DNA from: Chromera velia
Taxonomy: Eukaryota
Length of the DNA stretch: 64,000 nucleotides
NCBI GenBank assembly: GCA_018398765.1
Contig: JAHBMJ010000388.1
Coordinates: forward strand, 62,001 to 126,000
Reading direction: 5' to 3'
The notes under the pieces are model-generated. The model was not told the origin of the DNA, made no database searches, and was given only the letters and a program-made list of their open reading frames with translations. The position numbers and the translations under genes were made by a program. This document shows, one piece after another, positions 25,399 to 40,200 of this stretch (its first letter is position 1; the number at the start of each line of letters is the position of its first letter).

Positions 25399-26699
25399 GT
25401 ATATAGTTGATTGAAGCCACGCAGTTGCACTCACATGCAGTCAGGGCTAGACTCAAGTAAAGTCAGGGTAGGGGCGTTACTAAGCGTTACCTGGCATTAT
25501 TCAGATATATATAAGATTTAATGTGTTTTTTTTTAAAAATACGGTAGAATAAAAACTAAATTTAAGAAAATTTAAATGAATCTGTGATATAATTAATTGT
25601 TTTATATGAACTATCCTTTATTTTTTGTATAGAAAGCCAAAAAAATGTTTGTAATGGATCTAAAATTTACAGGACTAATAATGGAGATTCTAGATAATCG
25701 ATAGTCTCTTCCAACAGCTGAGATCTTATGTTGTCTGTGCATAAATGTGTTGGTAGGAGCACACGGTCAATCTATCATAATCCAGTACAATCCAACAGGC
25801 TGCTGTTTGATTCAATTGGAATTTATCGAATATATGCTAATTAAACAACATACAAAAAAACGCATGCATGCAAAAGCCTTCAGAGACTGAAGCTTCGCAT
25901 ACATGCCGAGCTAAACATTAATAGCTCGAAATTAGCATGCCAATTAATCGCAGTATTACGTCGATCCTTGCAAACCGATGGATAGACTTTAGGCATGATT
26001 AGAGAACACACGTAGTGTCTCGCACACGATGCCCCTCTGTATCCATACCGCTGTTTTTTGTCTATCACTGACGGTTCTTAGGTGCACTTGTGGAAGCAAA
26101 CAACAACAAAAGGCTGTAACGTTGAAAATCAGTCATATGTAAATTATTTTAGAACAAAACAAAGAAAAGATAAACGTGCCTTTCAAAGAGAATGAAGACC
26201 ATCATCACCAGTCCCACGGACTGTAGACATGAATAAATCAAGCAAAAACGAAACAGGCCATCTCAAAATATATAAATTACGGTTTTTCTGACTGTTTTAG
26301 GTCACGAACCTCAAGTTGGGTCGGATACCCCCCCCCCCCCNCCCCCCCCCCCCCCGAGGTTCAGAAGTCTGCACTTCTGAACCTTGGGCAGGGGGGGTCA
26401 AACCCCCCCGCCACCAGGTCCAGACATGGGCTCATCGTAAGTCCGGGAGGCGCCGCCACGGGGCCAGAGGGGGTGGCGGCACCCTGCCCCTTCGATGCAC
26501 GCAGCCGACTTTGCCTCTGTCGGCCAATAATCGGGTCTGAAGTCTCTTCTCCATCTTGAAAGTCCACAGGTTCAAAACTGCGGAGTCCTGAACCTCTGAG
26601 CAAACGAACTTTTTCCACATAAATGTTGCCACAAAAAGCGCTCTGTCAGATGTTTTCTGACAGTTTTAAAAGATGTTTGATAGAGCGTTTTCTCGGTTT

Positions 26700-27850
26700 T
26701 GACTTTTTTTTTTGGAGTGCACTTTCGGGGCTCTGGAGGAGACGGGTGTTGCTGACTCATCTCGGGTCGGCACGAAGTGGAGCTTAGAGGTGGGTCCAGT
26801 GGACACTAGCTGTCTTAGTCTTGTTTCCAACGTCTTCTTGCTTGCTGTTTCTCCTCCTGTTCAAGCGGGAAAGGGCTGCCGGCCTTATCTAGGTATTAAA
26901 GTACTGCTGCCCTCATCGCTCTCCTTACTCTTTCCTTGCAGGTCACAGTCTTGGGAGCCCCAGGGTCAACCTCCAGGTCAGCCTGTCTGGACCCGCTGCT
27001 TCTTAGGCTCTTGGTTTTATCCTTGGGACCTTGTACGTACAGAATAAGCTGGACAGAAATGCTTCTTTAACTGCACAAAGCATGAACACCTGTCCCTCCG
27101 TGTTTGCAGGTGTTGGTGGGCGGAGACTTGGGAACACCTGCAGGTCAGTTAAGGAAACGCGGCTTGCTCTCTCGCTTTGTATGATGATTTGCTTAGCATC
27201 CAGCTTCTTTGTCTTGCTAGGAGCTTGACAGAAACGCACAAGGGAGGTCACTGAGAGAGGGTTGATAGAGAGTCTGCTGGAGCCTCCATTTTTTGACCGC
27301 CTCTTCTGAAACTTTACACAGCTCTCAGTCGTGGCAGACATTTTTTTACCCAGACCAATCGCTCGGCTTTCATGCATTTAAATGTCTTCCACTTGCTCCA
27401 TATGTGTCAGTCTTTCAAAGCGGTCCATACTATCCCGACGTAAGTGCTCCTTACTCGCTCATCCTTTCTCATTTGTGGCACTCCGTACTGGTCTCCTTCT
27501 GAACATCTGGATCTACCTACAGACCTGTCCTTCTTTTTTACAGTTTCTCATTGACACACGCAGAACGATTTGCAAGCTTTTACACCATGTAGTGTGAGTT
27601 CTTTGTGAATAGAATTATGTTGTCTCTGTGCTCTGTTCTTAGGATTCCTCTCCGACCCCTGCTGACCGTCTCCTGTCCGGTCTGACCAGCCTAGCTGTGA
27701 AGCCCTCCTTCCTGCACTGTTTCTCTTGTAGAAAAAGCAATTCTTTGTACTTGATTGGCGGCGCTAAACGTTGTTGTTGAGCATATCCATTAGTATTGTG
27801 CCTGTGTATTTCTTTGCAGGTAATATTCACTAACTTCCACATGCCGCGGT
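26700..27850 (-). pseudogene. Decayed ORF relic (probable transposon protein, family unknown)
   Basis: Protein-like minus-strand frames interrupted by multiple stops, bounded by AT-rich flanks and a hairpin at ~26354-26387 (CCGAGGTTCAGAAGT-CTGC-ACTTCTGAACCTTGG). Confidence 0.3.
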
Positions 27851-28449
27851 GATCGTAATTTTTCCTTAGCTAATCAACTAGTCTTTTGAACACATTTGAG
27901 CAGATTCGCACAGAAGTAACGATTTTAAATGCTCTAAAAAACTTTAGATTGCTTTAAGTAACCTAGTTTTACTTTATAATGAAGCTAGAATATAGTAAAT
28001 TTAAAAGTCACTTTGAATTCCACTAAGTTCTACTTTGGAGTCCACTCTGTTAAAATCGGGCCCCACCAGGAGAGCAAAGACTCCCTTAAAGAAAACCTTC
28101 ATGCTGTCTAACCATCTTCCCTCGAACTCGAATTACATTTGAAACAAAATCAAGATTAATTATACAAGCCAGCGTATCAAGAGGGCTAAATCTATAAACA
28201 AATTTATCAACAAATTTTATAACTTGTTATATCATTGAATTAAAAAACATTAATGTAGAGACTTAATCAACAAATGACTCCTTAATGCTTACTGTGGTTT
28301 GAACATTGGTTTCATTTATTATGTAGTAATCTTCAAAGTACGTTCACTGCGTTAAGTTTATCTGTTTTAAGATCAACGACCATCATCTTATTACTCTTGA
28401 TTTTGCAGACAAAGATCCATAAGACGTGGAACGGAAGGAAAGAAAGAAG

Positions 28450-29520
<1,071 letters not shown>

Positions 29521-30359
29521 TCTTCTGTTTCTCTGTTAGAAGTTAGATCAGAACTGTATAGATTTTTCTAGGAAGGTTCTAGGGCCAACTATGAAATCAA
29601 GTTAAGAATCAACTTAGGATCGACCTATAGTACTTCCTGTACTATTCTATTGTAGCGTGCGATAGTACAATGTACTATCCTATGGCAACTATGTTCTCTC
29701 CCTCTGTTCTATCTTTCTCTTCTTTCCCTTTCTCTCTCTTTGCAGACAAAATTAAGCTGAGCGTACTGGAAATATAGAAGTAAGCCGACCAAAAAGAGAC
29801 AGAAATACATAATATAGGATGACATGCTGGAAGGAAAGATGCACGCGCACAAAAATGAGGTGGTCAGACAAAATGCGGCCCAGCATCCTGGAGGAAAGGA
29901 GATGGGCAGGCACAATATAGGCTGACGGAACTGAAACAAGCGTGTTAAAAAGAAAAGAACCAACATGTAGCAAGGAGACGGGCAGACAGAACATAGGTGG
30001 ACGTGCTAGAAGGAAACAAACAAGCAGGCAAGCAGGAGATAGGCAGACGAAATGCAGATGAGCGTGTTGAAAGGAAAACAGCAAGCAGGCAAGAAAGAGA
30101 CGGGAAAACAAAAAGCAGACAAACGTGCTAAAAGCAAAAAAACAGGTTGGTAAGAAGGAGACGGACCAAGGATTTTTTATTTCTCTTCTTCTTTCCTTCT
30201 CTTCTTTGTACCTTCTCTAAAAGCTTCTTCTCTTTTTCTCTCAGAAGAGGAAGGTGGAGAACTTTCTCTTCTTCTTTCTTTTTCTTCTTCACATCTTTTG
30301 CGAGAGAGAGAAGCAGGGGCCGGGGAAAGGGGGGGAATTGCGATTAGTTTCAAGCGCCG

Positions 30360-30505
30360 CCATATGTGGCCGATTCTGACGTACGCTTTTCTAAGCTAAT
30401 TGGGAGTAGCTTTCCGGAGCCTTTTTTTTTATGAAAGCTGCATGCATGTGTGGGCTCAAGGGATTATTTAGTAAGTGCCCCCCGCTTCGCTTTCCAGGGC
30501 CATGA
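30360..30505 (-). other. Inverted, diverged copy of the 17995-18230 putative element terminus
   Basis: The reverse complement contains GAAAGCGAAGCGGGGGGCACTTAC (exact match to ~18000-18023), then AAAAAAAGGCYCCGGAAAG and TAGAAAAGCGT in the same order. Confidence 0.6.
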
Positions 30506-31002
30506 AAGTGGAAAGCACTAGGGAAAGTATGTGCCACAAAGCAGACTTACAGATATAGAGACTGCCATAAACTGGAACTACGTGCGCGGCGCCTGCAGGG
30601 CATCGTGGGGCCGGGGGTGTAAGAAATCCGCGGCTGGCCCTCAAACCCGCCCGCGTAAAACATATACCTGGGCTGTACTAATGAAGCTTCTGCACTTACT
30701 TGCACTACAACTTACACGGCTAACAATCTACACAAATAAAAAGACATTATATTTCAGAATAGAATTCAAAAGTTTTAGTTCATTTTATTTCACTTAAAAC
30801 AATACCAAGCAAGAAAGTTTCATAAAAATCTACCTGAATTTATTTGTCTTATAATGCTTAGTTATGATGAATCACATTAATGATGACGATAAACTATAGT
30901 TTCCAAACAAAATAATGATGGTAAATGATGATTGGGTAGATTGGGGTTAAATCCTAGATCCAGCAATACCAAATCTTAAGCCACTAGCAAGGCTCTATGG
31001 AC

Positions 31003-31352
31003 CCAGACGTTGGCTAAAGAAAAAAAAAAAGATCCTCCCGAACCCTTTACTTTTTTTTTTTTCTTTTTTTTTTTTTTAGTCAAACAACTGTTTACAATGT
31101 TCAAGTGTTGCACAGGTGTTGTTCATGTGTTGCACAACTGTTGCTAGGTGTTGTTAAGGGTTAACTAGCTCTGGCGACAGATAGACATAGCGGGAAGGCC
31201 CTAGGGCGGAACATATCAATCAATCAATCAACTATTGTTAAGTGTTGTTAAAGGTAAAAAAAGTGAAAAAGAAAAAAAAAAAGAACTCCTCAGATCGCAG
31301 CTCTGATGGCTTATTTTTTTCCCCCTTTTTTTTTTCTTTAGCCAACGCCTAG
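31003..31352. mobile_element. MITE (350 bp) with TIRs and 8-bp TSD (hAT/P-type TSD length)
   Basis: CCAGACGTTGGCTAAAGAAAAAAAA...TTTTTTTTCTTTAGCCAACGCCTAG, flanked by CTATGGAC (30995-31002) and CTATGGAT (31353-31360). Confidence 0.8.
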
Positions 31353-32788
31353 CTATGGATAACCCAGAGCATACATGTTAAAATGGCTAGCGTGACGGCA
31401 GCGTGACGACTATCAACTTACGTGTAAAGTCTGTGCATCACTGGTTCGGTTACTTCTTCCAGTTTGGGTCCTCGGACATTGCATCACGAGACTGTCATAC
31501 ATTTTGCTGTTCATCTTACAATCTCATTTATTTGCATTCAATTCACACCTTCTGTATTTCATCTGTCCAATATAGAAAAAGAATCTGTATCGTCATTTCT
31601 GTATGACTTCTTTTCATTTATCGCAATACAGTTTGTTCGTTTAATTCCGTGCAACGCATGCAAGTGTTGTTTGGAAAGTGTTGCATGGCTCGCATGCGCG
31701 GCGTGCGTCAATCACTCCGGTCCTCCGGGACCGCACTCCTCGCGTCCCTTCGGCCCAGAGCGTCACCCCGGCCTGCTCGCCTCTGAGGCCTAACAATACA
31801 TACATGGGGTTATGTGCGTTATTGTGATCAATCGCATTGTCGGCGAATTTGTCGCAACTTTATGACACGATCGGCATGGTATCAGACATGTCACATACAC
31901 GGACCCAGAACATTTGACGCACAAGCTTTATACTTCGACATTGGAACACTCTTATTTTAAAAAAGACAAAACCACATAACATGCATACCTGTACATAAAT
32001 CTGAAAAGGAGAGCAGGAAGAGTCGATCCGATAGAGGAGGGGCCAGAGGTGGGGAAAGGAGCAAACAAAGAAGGGAAGGGAGAGAAGATGCAAGACCACA
32101 AACAATGCACAAAGGATTTTCGTTTGATCTCTTTTTCCTTCTTTCGCCTCGGAGTCCTCGAAAACTTTTTCCCTAAGCTTGCGATGCAGAGACCTGCCTG
32201 CACAGATTCTTGCATGACAACAGACAGAGAAACCCCCGAATAAAAAGGGACACACACCCGAGAAGAGACCACAAATGCTTGTTGATTCACAATTAAGTCC
32301 GACGGAGAAAACAAGAGGTAGATGGGGGTTTCTGCCTCACAATTGACGCACGATTGATCGGAAGGAATTTTGATTTCCACCCGAAGGCTGCTGGGTGTGT
32401 ACGCATGAGTCAGGCACAAAGTTATGGCCATGGGAGTGAGGAGAGAATAGACGTACGAAAAAGAGAAAAAAGGAATGAGACGGAGGAGGACGGGAAAAAC
32501 CAAGTCGTAAAGGGACCACTCGGCCCTCTACATGGTGAGTCGCTCCCGTCCGAACCAATGAACGCCAACTACTGGACGAAAAAAGGAATCACTGCAAGCA
32601 CGTCATTCCTCCACCAAAAAGGATAATCAGGCACGCGCAGACACGTTCACGCGCCTACGTTCTGTGTCCTAACAGTTCTCCACCCATCTGCCTCCACCTC
32701 TCTTCACAGCGCACCTCTTTCGAGGCACAAACCCATTCCAGATTGAAAATAGAGGGATGTTCAAACCTGACAGCGATGCTGTCACATA

Positions 32789-35700
32789 TCAGAGACCAAA
32801 CCAGAGATACAGGGCTCCCTTTGCCACTCCCTCCTCCATCGACTCGACGAAATTGCAGTCCCAGGAAGGAAAGAAGGAAGTTCTAGTTAAGGAGCGATTG
32901 TGGGCACACCACAAAAAACCGAAATTGCCGCTGCCTAAATCCAGCAGAACTGCGAGCAATCTTCGACCAAAAGTGGAGCTTCTTGCTAACAAAACTGGCA
33001 CAGAAAGACACAATGGGTTTTCAGACGACTCGATCCCCTTCAAGCACACTCTCACTTCGTAAACGAAACAGGAAGACACATTCTGACAAAGCATCTTGGA
33101 GGGAGCTGGGCTGCTTCCATGAAATGGCCTGCACTGCTCCACGGCCTGGCAAGCAATATCTCTTCCTTGCACAGGCACTTGCAAAGCCACACGTGTACAG
33201 CGCAAAAGGTGCCATCGGCTGGACGCAAAAGCATGCTGTCCAAAGAGACACGATTTCCGTTGCACCTCTGCCTTCACCCAAAGTAAAAAATTCCCTTTTT
33301 CCAAAGACCCCTCTCCGCATTCCCAAAGTGGCAAGCAAACCTGCCCATGCATGCACAGTTGCACTTTCGCAACAGGGCCGCCGCGCAAAACTTTCAATCT
33401 CGAACAAATCGCCTTAACTGCAGGACCTGCTGAATCACTCAGGAAGGGAAAAAGCATCACATGCAGGACTTGGAGGGACGTCTTCGATCGGGTGAAGCGC
33501 CTTCGCCTCAACCGAAGAGCCCTGGCGCTCGAAGGCGCCCTTCATGTTTTTTCCTTCGCTTCCCTCACTCGGATTCTTGCGGGGAGTCTGGCTGGTAGAC
33601 TGCACTTTCTCCTCCCGACTCCGAGGCTCCGCCTCTTCACTCATGGAGGCAACCTGTCGCCCCAGCGCAACACCAGAAAGGATGTCAGGGCTGGGGTGGG
33701 AGCTACTCGCAGGCAGGGTCGGTTTGAAATCACCTTCTCTTGCTGCTGCTGGAGTCGTGTTCGCAGTCCCATGGTCGTTCCATTGGATACAAGTTGTTTT
33801 GATTTCTCTCTTGCTTTGCTGTGTTGGGAGAAATGGACTGAAAACGTTCTCAACGTTCAGCGGAGGAGAGGGAGGGACACCGGGGGCAGGAGGAATAGGG
33901 ACGAGTCGAGACCCCTCGCTTCGAATGTCAGCACAAGAATTCGTGAAGGCATCGACTTGGGGGCTGGGGGGATGTTGCCCTTCCGGCACCTCCTGCACGA
34001 TGCCTTCGCCTGTGCTCACGGTTCCCTCGAATGTGCGTTGAACAAGAGGAGTGGGAGGAAGGCCGGTGGGAACTCGCTGAGCGAGGGAGAAAGGAAGGGA
34101 ACCGAGAGAGCTTGAGAGAAGCTGTGATCTGCTCGCAGCAGCATCAGGGAACGATGGCTCGGTTCCCTGATTGCCCCTCTGGTCTCTTCTCCGACTTCTA
34201 CTGCGGCCTCCTTCTCCTTTCGCAGTGTTCTCTGCCAACCTGCTACTCGACCTCCCCCTTCGCCTTCCACGACTTGCGGTCCGCGTCCTGTGTCGGCCTG
34301 TCTCACGAGGAGACGCAGATGGGCCTGCAAACCCCTCAGGCCCCAATCCCGCACTCAAACCACCCTCCCCCTTTGTGTGACAAGAGAACGGACACGTCTC
34401 TGCTGACTTTCTCGGTGAAGCGGTGAGAGCACCTGGGGAACGGCCCTGCAGGTCCTCGAAGAATCCCCTGCTGCACACAGAGGCTGAGGGGGCCCTGTCG
34501 GGGGAGCCGGATGCGCTCTCCGCACATAAATTGCCAACAGACGAGGGCGTTCCTGGAGAAAGGGGGGCGTTTGGGGGCGTTGGGGGAACGGGACCGTCGA
34601 AGGAGGACGGGTTCCTCTGAGGATCAGAGTAGCATCTAGAAATGATTAGGGAAGGGGGTGTGAGGGACCTCGGAACATTTCTGTTGAGGTACACGGTCGA
34701 GGCTCTGAACTCTCTCCACTTCCACAGAAGATCATAACGTGCCAGTGGCACCTCACGAACATCCATCTCCCCAACCCCTTTTCCCGTCCCATCGTCGACC
34801 GCGACAAGCGGAAGGAATTTCTCCGGACGCCTCCCCCCCATGTTCCCAATACCTACATACTCGGCAGCGTGTTCTCGGAGAGTTCTTACCAGCTGTATTT
34901 GTTCAGCTACCTTGTGGGAGGACAATTCGGCTTGGAGGTCTTCCACGGTCATGCGACAAATCTCTGCTGCTGCCCCCTTGTCTGAAGGCTTCCTCACGTC
35001 CTTCGCTATTTCAGTGACTGCACGGACGAACCGCACAAGGGCACGAACCCTCAAACAGGCTGCATACAGAATTCTCTGTCTTGGAAGGATCACCTTCTCG
35101 CGACTGTACAGTTCCTTCCTTTCAAAACCTGGAAGACTAAGTGTGCTTTGAGACGCTAGAACGGCAGAGGGAATGGAAGAGACCCAGGAAGGCCACCGAC
35201 GGCGAAAACCGAGAGTTGAAACAGCACGAGACCTCCCTCCCAAAGACTGCAGCTGCCCCCTTTCCCTAAGAGACTCCCCACCTCCCCCCTTGAAGAAGTC
35301 ACGGAGACTATCGTCTTCCGCTTTTTCCGCTGCAGCAGTCGGTACCTGCGTTGCATCTGATGCAAGCAGGGTTGAGGGAAGGACCGGAGCATCGGGGGAA
35401 ATTCGACGGTGCGTTGCTTCATTCAATGGGTGGGGGTCTGTCGTCGAGTGCGCAGGCACTCTGTCTTCCTCTTGTCTGTCCTCGGCGGCAGGAGACGACT
35501 TAAGGTGAAAGGCGGTGGAGGCACGGTTGCTGGGGCCAAAGAGGGGTCGGTGTGCACTCGCTGGCAGATAAGCAGGAAGGTCACCTCGCAGGTCGAAGTC
35601 GACCCGGCCACTTGGTACTGTGGACAGTGGTCGTGTGTAGCGGTTGAGAGAGGTGAGGGACAGTGCCGAGGGCTGTGAAGTGGGGAGGGCGGAGTGGACG

Positions 35701-37172
35701 GATGCGCTGACCGAGCTAATGGTCGACTGTCCCAAAGATACCCTCCTCACCCGCCTTCTGGTCGAAAGAAGATGACCAAAGGTCTGAAAGAACTCCTCGA
35801 TCGGTGCACGCTCGTTAAGCAAATTCCTCAGCCTCAGCTGAGTCATTCTGTCCTTCCTCGCGCTTGCCCTGCAGGCTCGCACAAGTTCTGCCCACTCTGC
35901 CCGACGCTCCAAGTTCTCAACGCGGTGTCGGAGGACCATCACCTCCCCGGCACTCGCACCCGACAGAACCGTGTGCTTGAAGAAAATCTCTTTTGCACGC
36001 TGCAAGCGGAAATAGAGAAGGAAAGGCAGAGCGTAGATCTACAAGCGAAAGCACAGGGGGGGAGCAAACTGAGGGCGGGAATGAATCAATGAAGGATAAT
36101 GCGTTACACACCCAAAGCATTCTCAAAAACCAGCCCCTGCATCGAATCAAAGCAGGAGCTGTGGCAGAGCAAAAACAGCGAAGAAGTCCTCTCCTATCAC
36201 TTGAGCGCTTATCTCTCCTGACCGATCGGAGTTTCCTCAAAATGCGCTTTCTCAGAGGGACGCAAAGAAGCTCGTTGGTGACTTGGAGGTCAACCTCCCC
36301 CCCAAGCATCTGCAGCTGTGGCCTGACGACGTCGCAAATCAGCTCGGCAGCATATCTGCAACAAAACACGGCGAGGAAGAGGCGTGCTTGTATACACTGT
36401 ACCCACACTCCGCAATTGCTACTCTCTCTTTTCTGTTCCAACTATGGGCACTTTGTGCCCTCTGCAAAACAATGAAGGAACATTCTATCCAGATTTCTGC
36501 ACTCACACACTCATCTCGACTCTGTGTGCCAAAGTGATTGTGACTCCTGCCTAGACTGACTGACGGACTTTCTTTCCTTCTGCGACAAATTGGAGGTGTC
36601 CATCCGGTGACCATCCCGAAGGACGACTGTGTTCTGCTGGAGCAAGAGAAGGGCCCGTGTCCACTCCCAGAGATGCCACCCTCTCCTCGACCAGCAGAGA
36701 AAAGCACCACACACACAACAGCAGGAGTCGAAGAGAATCTCGAGACACAGGAGGGTGAAGAACACCTTCACGCGCATGAAGCGCTTCAGCTTCTCAACCG
36801 CAGCGCTGCACAGAGTGGTCTTCGCGCCCCTCCTCATCCCACGCCGATTGAGACAGGCGCACCCGCCCGGTGCATCCACGTCGTCAGTATTCCAGCGGAA
36901 ACCACGGAGGAGCTGTGTGCGCACTTGGAGTCGTCGAGGTCTCTTCGCTGAGTCGAGGGACTCGTCTGCATCTTTCCCATACTCAGCAAAGTGAGCAGCC
37001 CCTGCTGGAGCCTCCTCATGGCATTGAGATGCCTCTACAGCAAAGCCGTGAAAAGGCCTCTCCCACTTCGACAAAACAGTCTTTCGGTGGTACCTCCTCC
37101 ACCCTGAAGTCAACCACCTTCCGCAGTAGAATCTGCCCTTCGACGTCCTGGAGACCGCGGCGAGCTGCGCAG

Positions 37173-37203
<31 letters not shown>

Positions 37204-40200
37204 ACAAAGAGAGAGAGAGAGAGAGAGAACAAAGGAGAAACAGGAAGAGAAGTGCTCAATCAATAAAGTTGCTGCAGTGCGGAATGAGAAAAAAAAATCA
37301 GCCGGTCACGCAAAGATGTACCAACGCGGCCCTGCAACGATCGAAACTAAGAAATCACAGGAAGACAGAGATAGGAACAGAAAGAGAGAAGAGGAGAGAA
37401 GAAGCCTCTCTTCTGTATGTCCATGTATCCAGATCTGTACAGCAAGGCCGCGCAGAGAAGGGAAGGAAGGAAGGGGGGAAACAGCTTCACTTTGGTCAAG
37501 GACTGTATACTGACCTTTCGGAGAACTGGGCGACAGAGCCAGAGTACGACACGGAGAACGAAAGAAAAATGAACCAAAAGAATTCCAATCAAAATGATGG
37601 CCATGCCGTACAGGCTCATCCGAATTCCAGGCACGTCCCTCCCCTGACGCAGGAGGTCCTCCACTCCATCCCCCAGCTGTTTGATCACCTGAGCCCCCAG
37701 CACCGTCAGGAAGAAGGCCATCAGAGCATGTTGCTCTAGACGGTTGCAGATGGAGAAACACGTCGAGGAGTACGGTTGGGCAAGTGCTGCAGGACAGAAA
37801 GGAATGGAATACAGAGAGATTCGGTACGCCAGTAGAAGGGGCGAGCCCAGGAACACGAGAACGTCCATTCACGCAACACCTGTCTGCACACCTCCAGCTC
37901 AACCCACCCAAGAACTCAACTCACCCACCCACCCACCCACCCACCCCCAAGGAACTGACCGTGCACCCAGAGGAAGACGACGGCAATCGCCAGCCACGAC
38001 GTCGTCCTCAAAGACGGCGCCACAAGGGGGACCCAGAGGGGGACCAGGACGAGAATCTTCCGAGACATCGCCCACAGCTCCCAACCGAAGAGAGAAGGCT
38101 GGTAGTGTCTGCAGATCGAGGTCCACAAACAACCAGGGACGGAAAACAAGTAAGAGATGGATGAACAATGACGTCAAAAACGACAGACAGCCCCGCCCAA
38201 AAGAGATAGACATGAGCACCATACCATTGCAAGAAAGAACCCCCCCTCGCGCTTCGTTCACTCACCTGTAGAGGAACCCAAATCGAGCAAGAGTCTTCTC
38301 CTCATGGAGCCGAAAACGGATAGTCCGAAGCACAACCGCAAAGGCAACCAGAGTCCCAAGAGTCCACAACCCGAGCCCAACCCAGGCAAGAGCGTACCTG
38401 CAAACATGCACCCTCGCTTTCATCCTGTGTTCCAGAAATTCAAGCTTTGCCAACGAATCATTCATACAGCAGCAAGGAGTCCAAAAACGTGATCCACACA
38501 AATAGAAGAATTGTCAAGACCCAAAAGAAGACTATCGCTTTTCACCCTCCCGCTTCTCTCGCCACACTGACCAAGTCAAGTGCGGCATCTCCCGACACCG
38601 CAGGTTTGGGTCCATCGCGAGAAATAGGGGCCGTCCTCCGTCCCCCACAGTCTCCGCACTACTCCCCTGGTCGACGTGCACACAGCTGACGTTTCTCGAG
38701 AATTCACGAGCCATCCACGGATGGAAAAGGAAGAGCACAACCACCCATGCACTGAGGCAACGGTTGAGCACCCTGCCGCTCCACCGAGCCCCCGCAGACC
38801 CATTCTGGGTCTTCCACAAACTCCCTGCAGAGGACGAACCGGCCTCGGAACGCTGGTTGTCCGTGCCTTCCTCTCCCCTCCTCGACCGCTGTCCGAACAA
38901 TTTTCTCCAAAAACTTTTCTTCTCAGACCGACGAGACAGGGAACTCTCACGAACAGGTGCTGGAGGGATCCGAATCTGTCTGACTGCTGCCTCATGAGGA
39001 CCATCAAAGGTCTCACATCTCCGCAAAGATGAAACGGAAACCCTCCGAGGATCTCCCAGAGGGCCCGTTCGAGCACGAAAAAGCATTTCCGTATTCTCCC
39101 CCACCGTAGAGACCGCGCTCTGCAGCCGGTCCTCACCTACACCCCCCCCCTTCTCGATATCCACTGTGTCCGCATCACCCGGTACCTCTGACTCTTGTTG
39201 CATCTGGGGCGGGAAGGAAGCAGACAACCCCTTCACCCTCTCGGACGGGGACGATCCAAGAGAGGACCCCCGAGTCCGACGTCTGGCCAATTCCCCCTCA
39301 GGTCTCTTCAACCGGCCCCTTGAATGCCGTTCCCGGTCTGAGGTTGACCCTGCTGACAAAGCAACCCCCCCCTCTGGGCTCAGCAGTAGGCGATTCATGC
39401 CTGCGCGTCTGCGCTCTGCATCTCCCCCACAGGAGATTTGCGAGAGAACAGACACAGAAAAGGCAACAATCAGAGCGAGCACCGGGAGAACTAGGGCTGC
39501 AATCAAATGGATCTGTTCCGGTCGTGTTGCCCCCACTGACTTCTTCAGGTCATCAATGCAGTCGAGACCCAAGGTGAGGGAAACGGGGGACTCGAAAGCA
39601 CGTTCGATTGGGAACCCCCCCGACTTCCATACCCAGGAACCGATAGCTTTGGTGAAGCTGTTTCCTTCCAGGAGGTTCCGATACTGAGCGACACTGTCCA
39701 ACAGCAACTTCATCCCAACAACTGCAGAAACCGCAGGAGAAAAAACATATGAAAGCAGGAACAGGGAAAGACAGTCAGGGGGACCCCAGAAGAGGCGGTC
39801 GAAACAGCGAATCAAGAATGCGATTACATACAGGGATGTGTTACACTTCTGTATGATTTTTGTAGTCATGACGTTTCAATCTCAAGAGCAACACACCCCC
39901 TCGGTGCAAAAAGAAGATTCCACCCTCCCACCCCAGGTTTCGACTGACTGAAGAGCTCAAACCAGGTCGTGAAGATCTTGAAAACTGCTGCTTGCATGCT
40001 CCTTTCTGCACTTTTGATGCGGTTTTTGCCGGTCAGAATGCACCGCACAACCAGGGCCGATATCAAACCAACAACGAGAATAATCAAGAGGAGTCGTGCC
40101 AACAGCCAGACACGGTCGCCGCACTGCTTGCACCCGCTCTGGAGCGCACTCCTCGTTTTGTTCGGCTCACAGCGGGCGCAAAAAGGGTTCATCGTCCCGT

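Noticed and set aside
18437..25410. Repeated short ORFs in the array (MNTSVHIPTTER..., MWMHCLCMHE..., LSQKGFQTIR...)
   Set aside because: Starts and stops vary among copies, there is no codon-position bias or known motif, and they recur only because the DNA repeats.
26354..26387. Helitron 3' end
   Set aside because: A hairpin is present, but there is no properly spaced terminal CTRR and no Rep/helicase motif.
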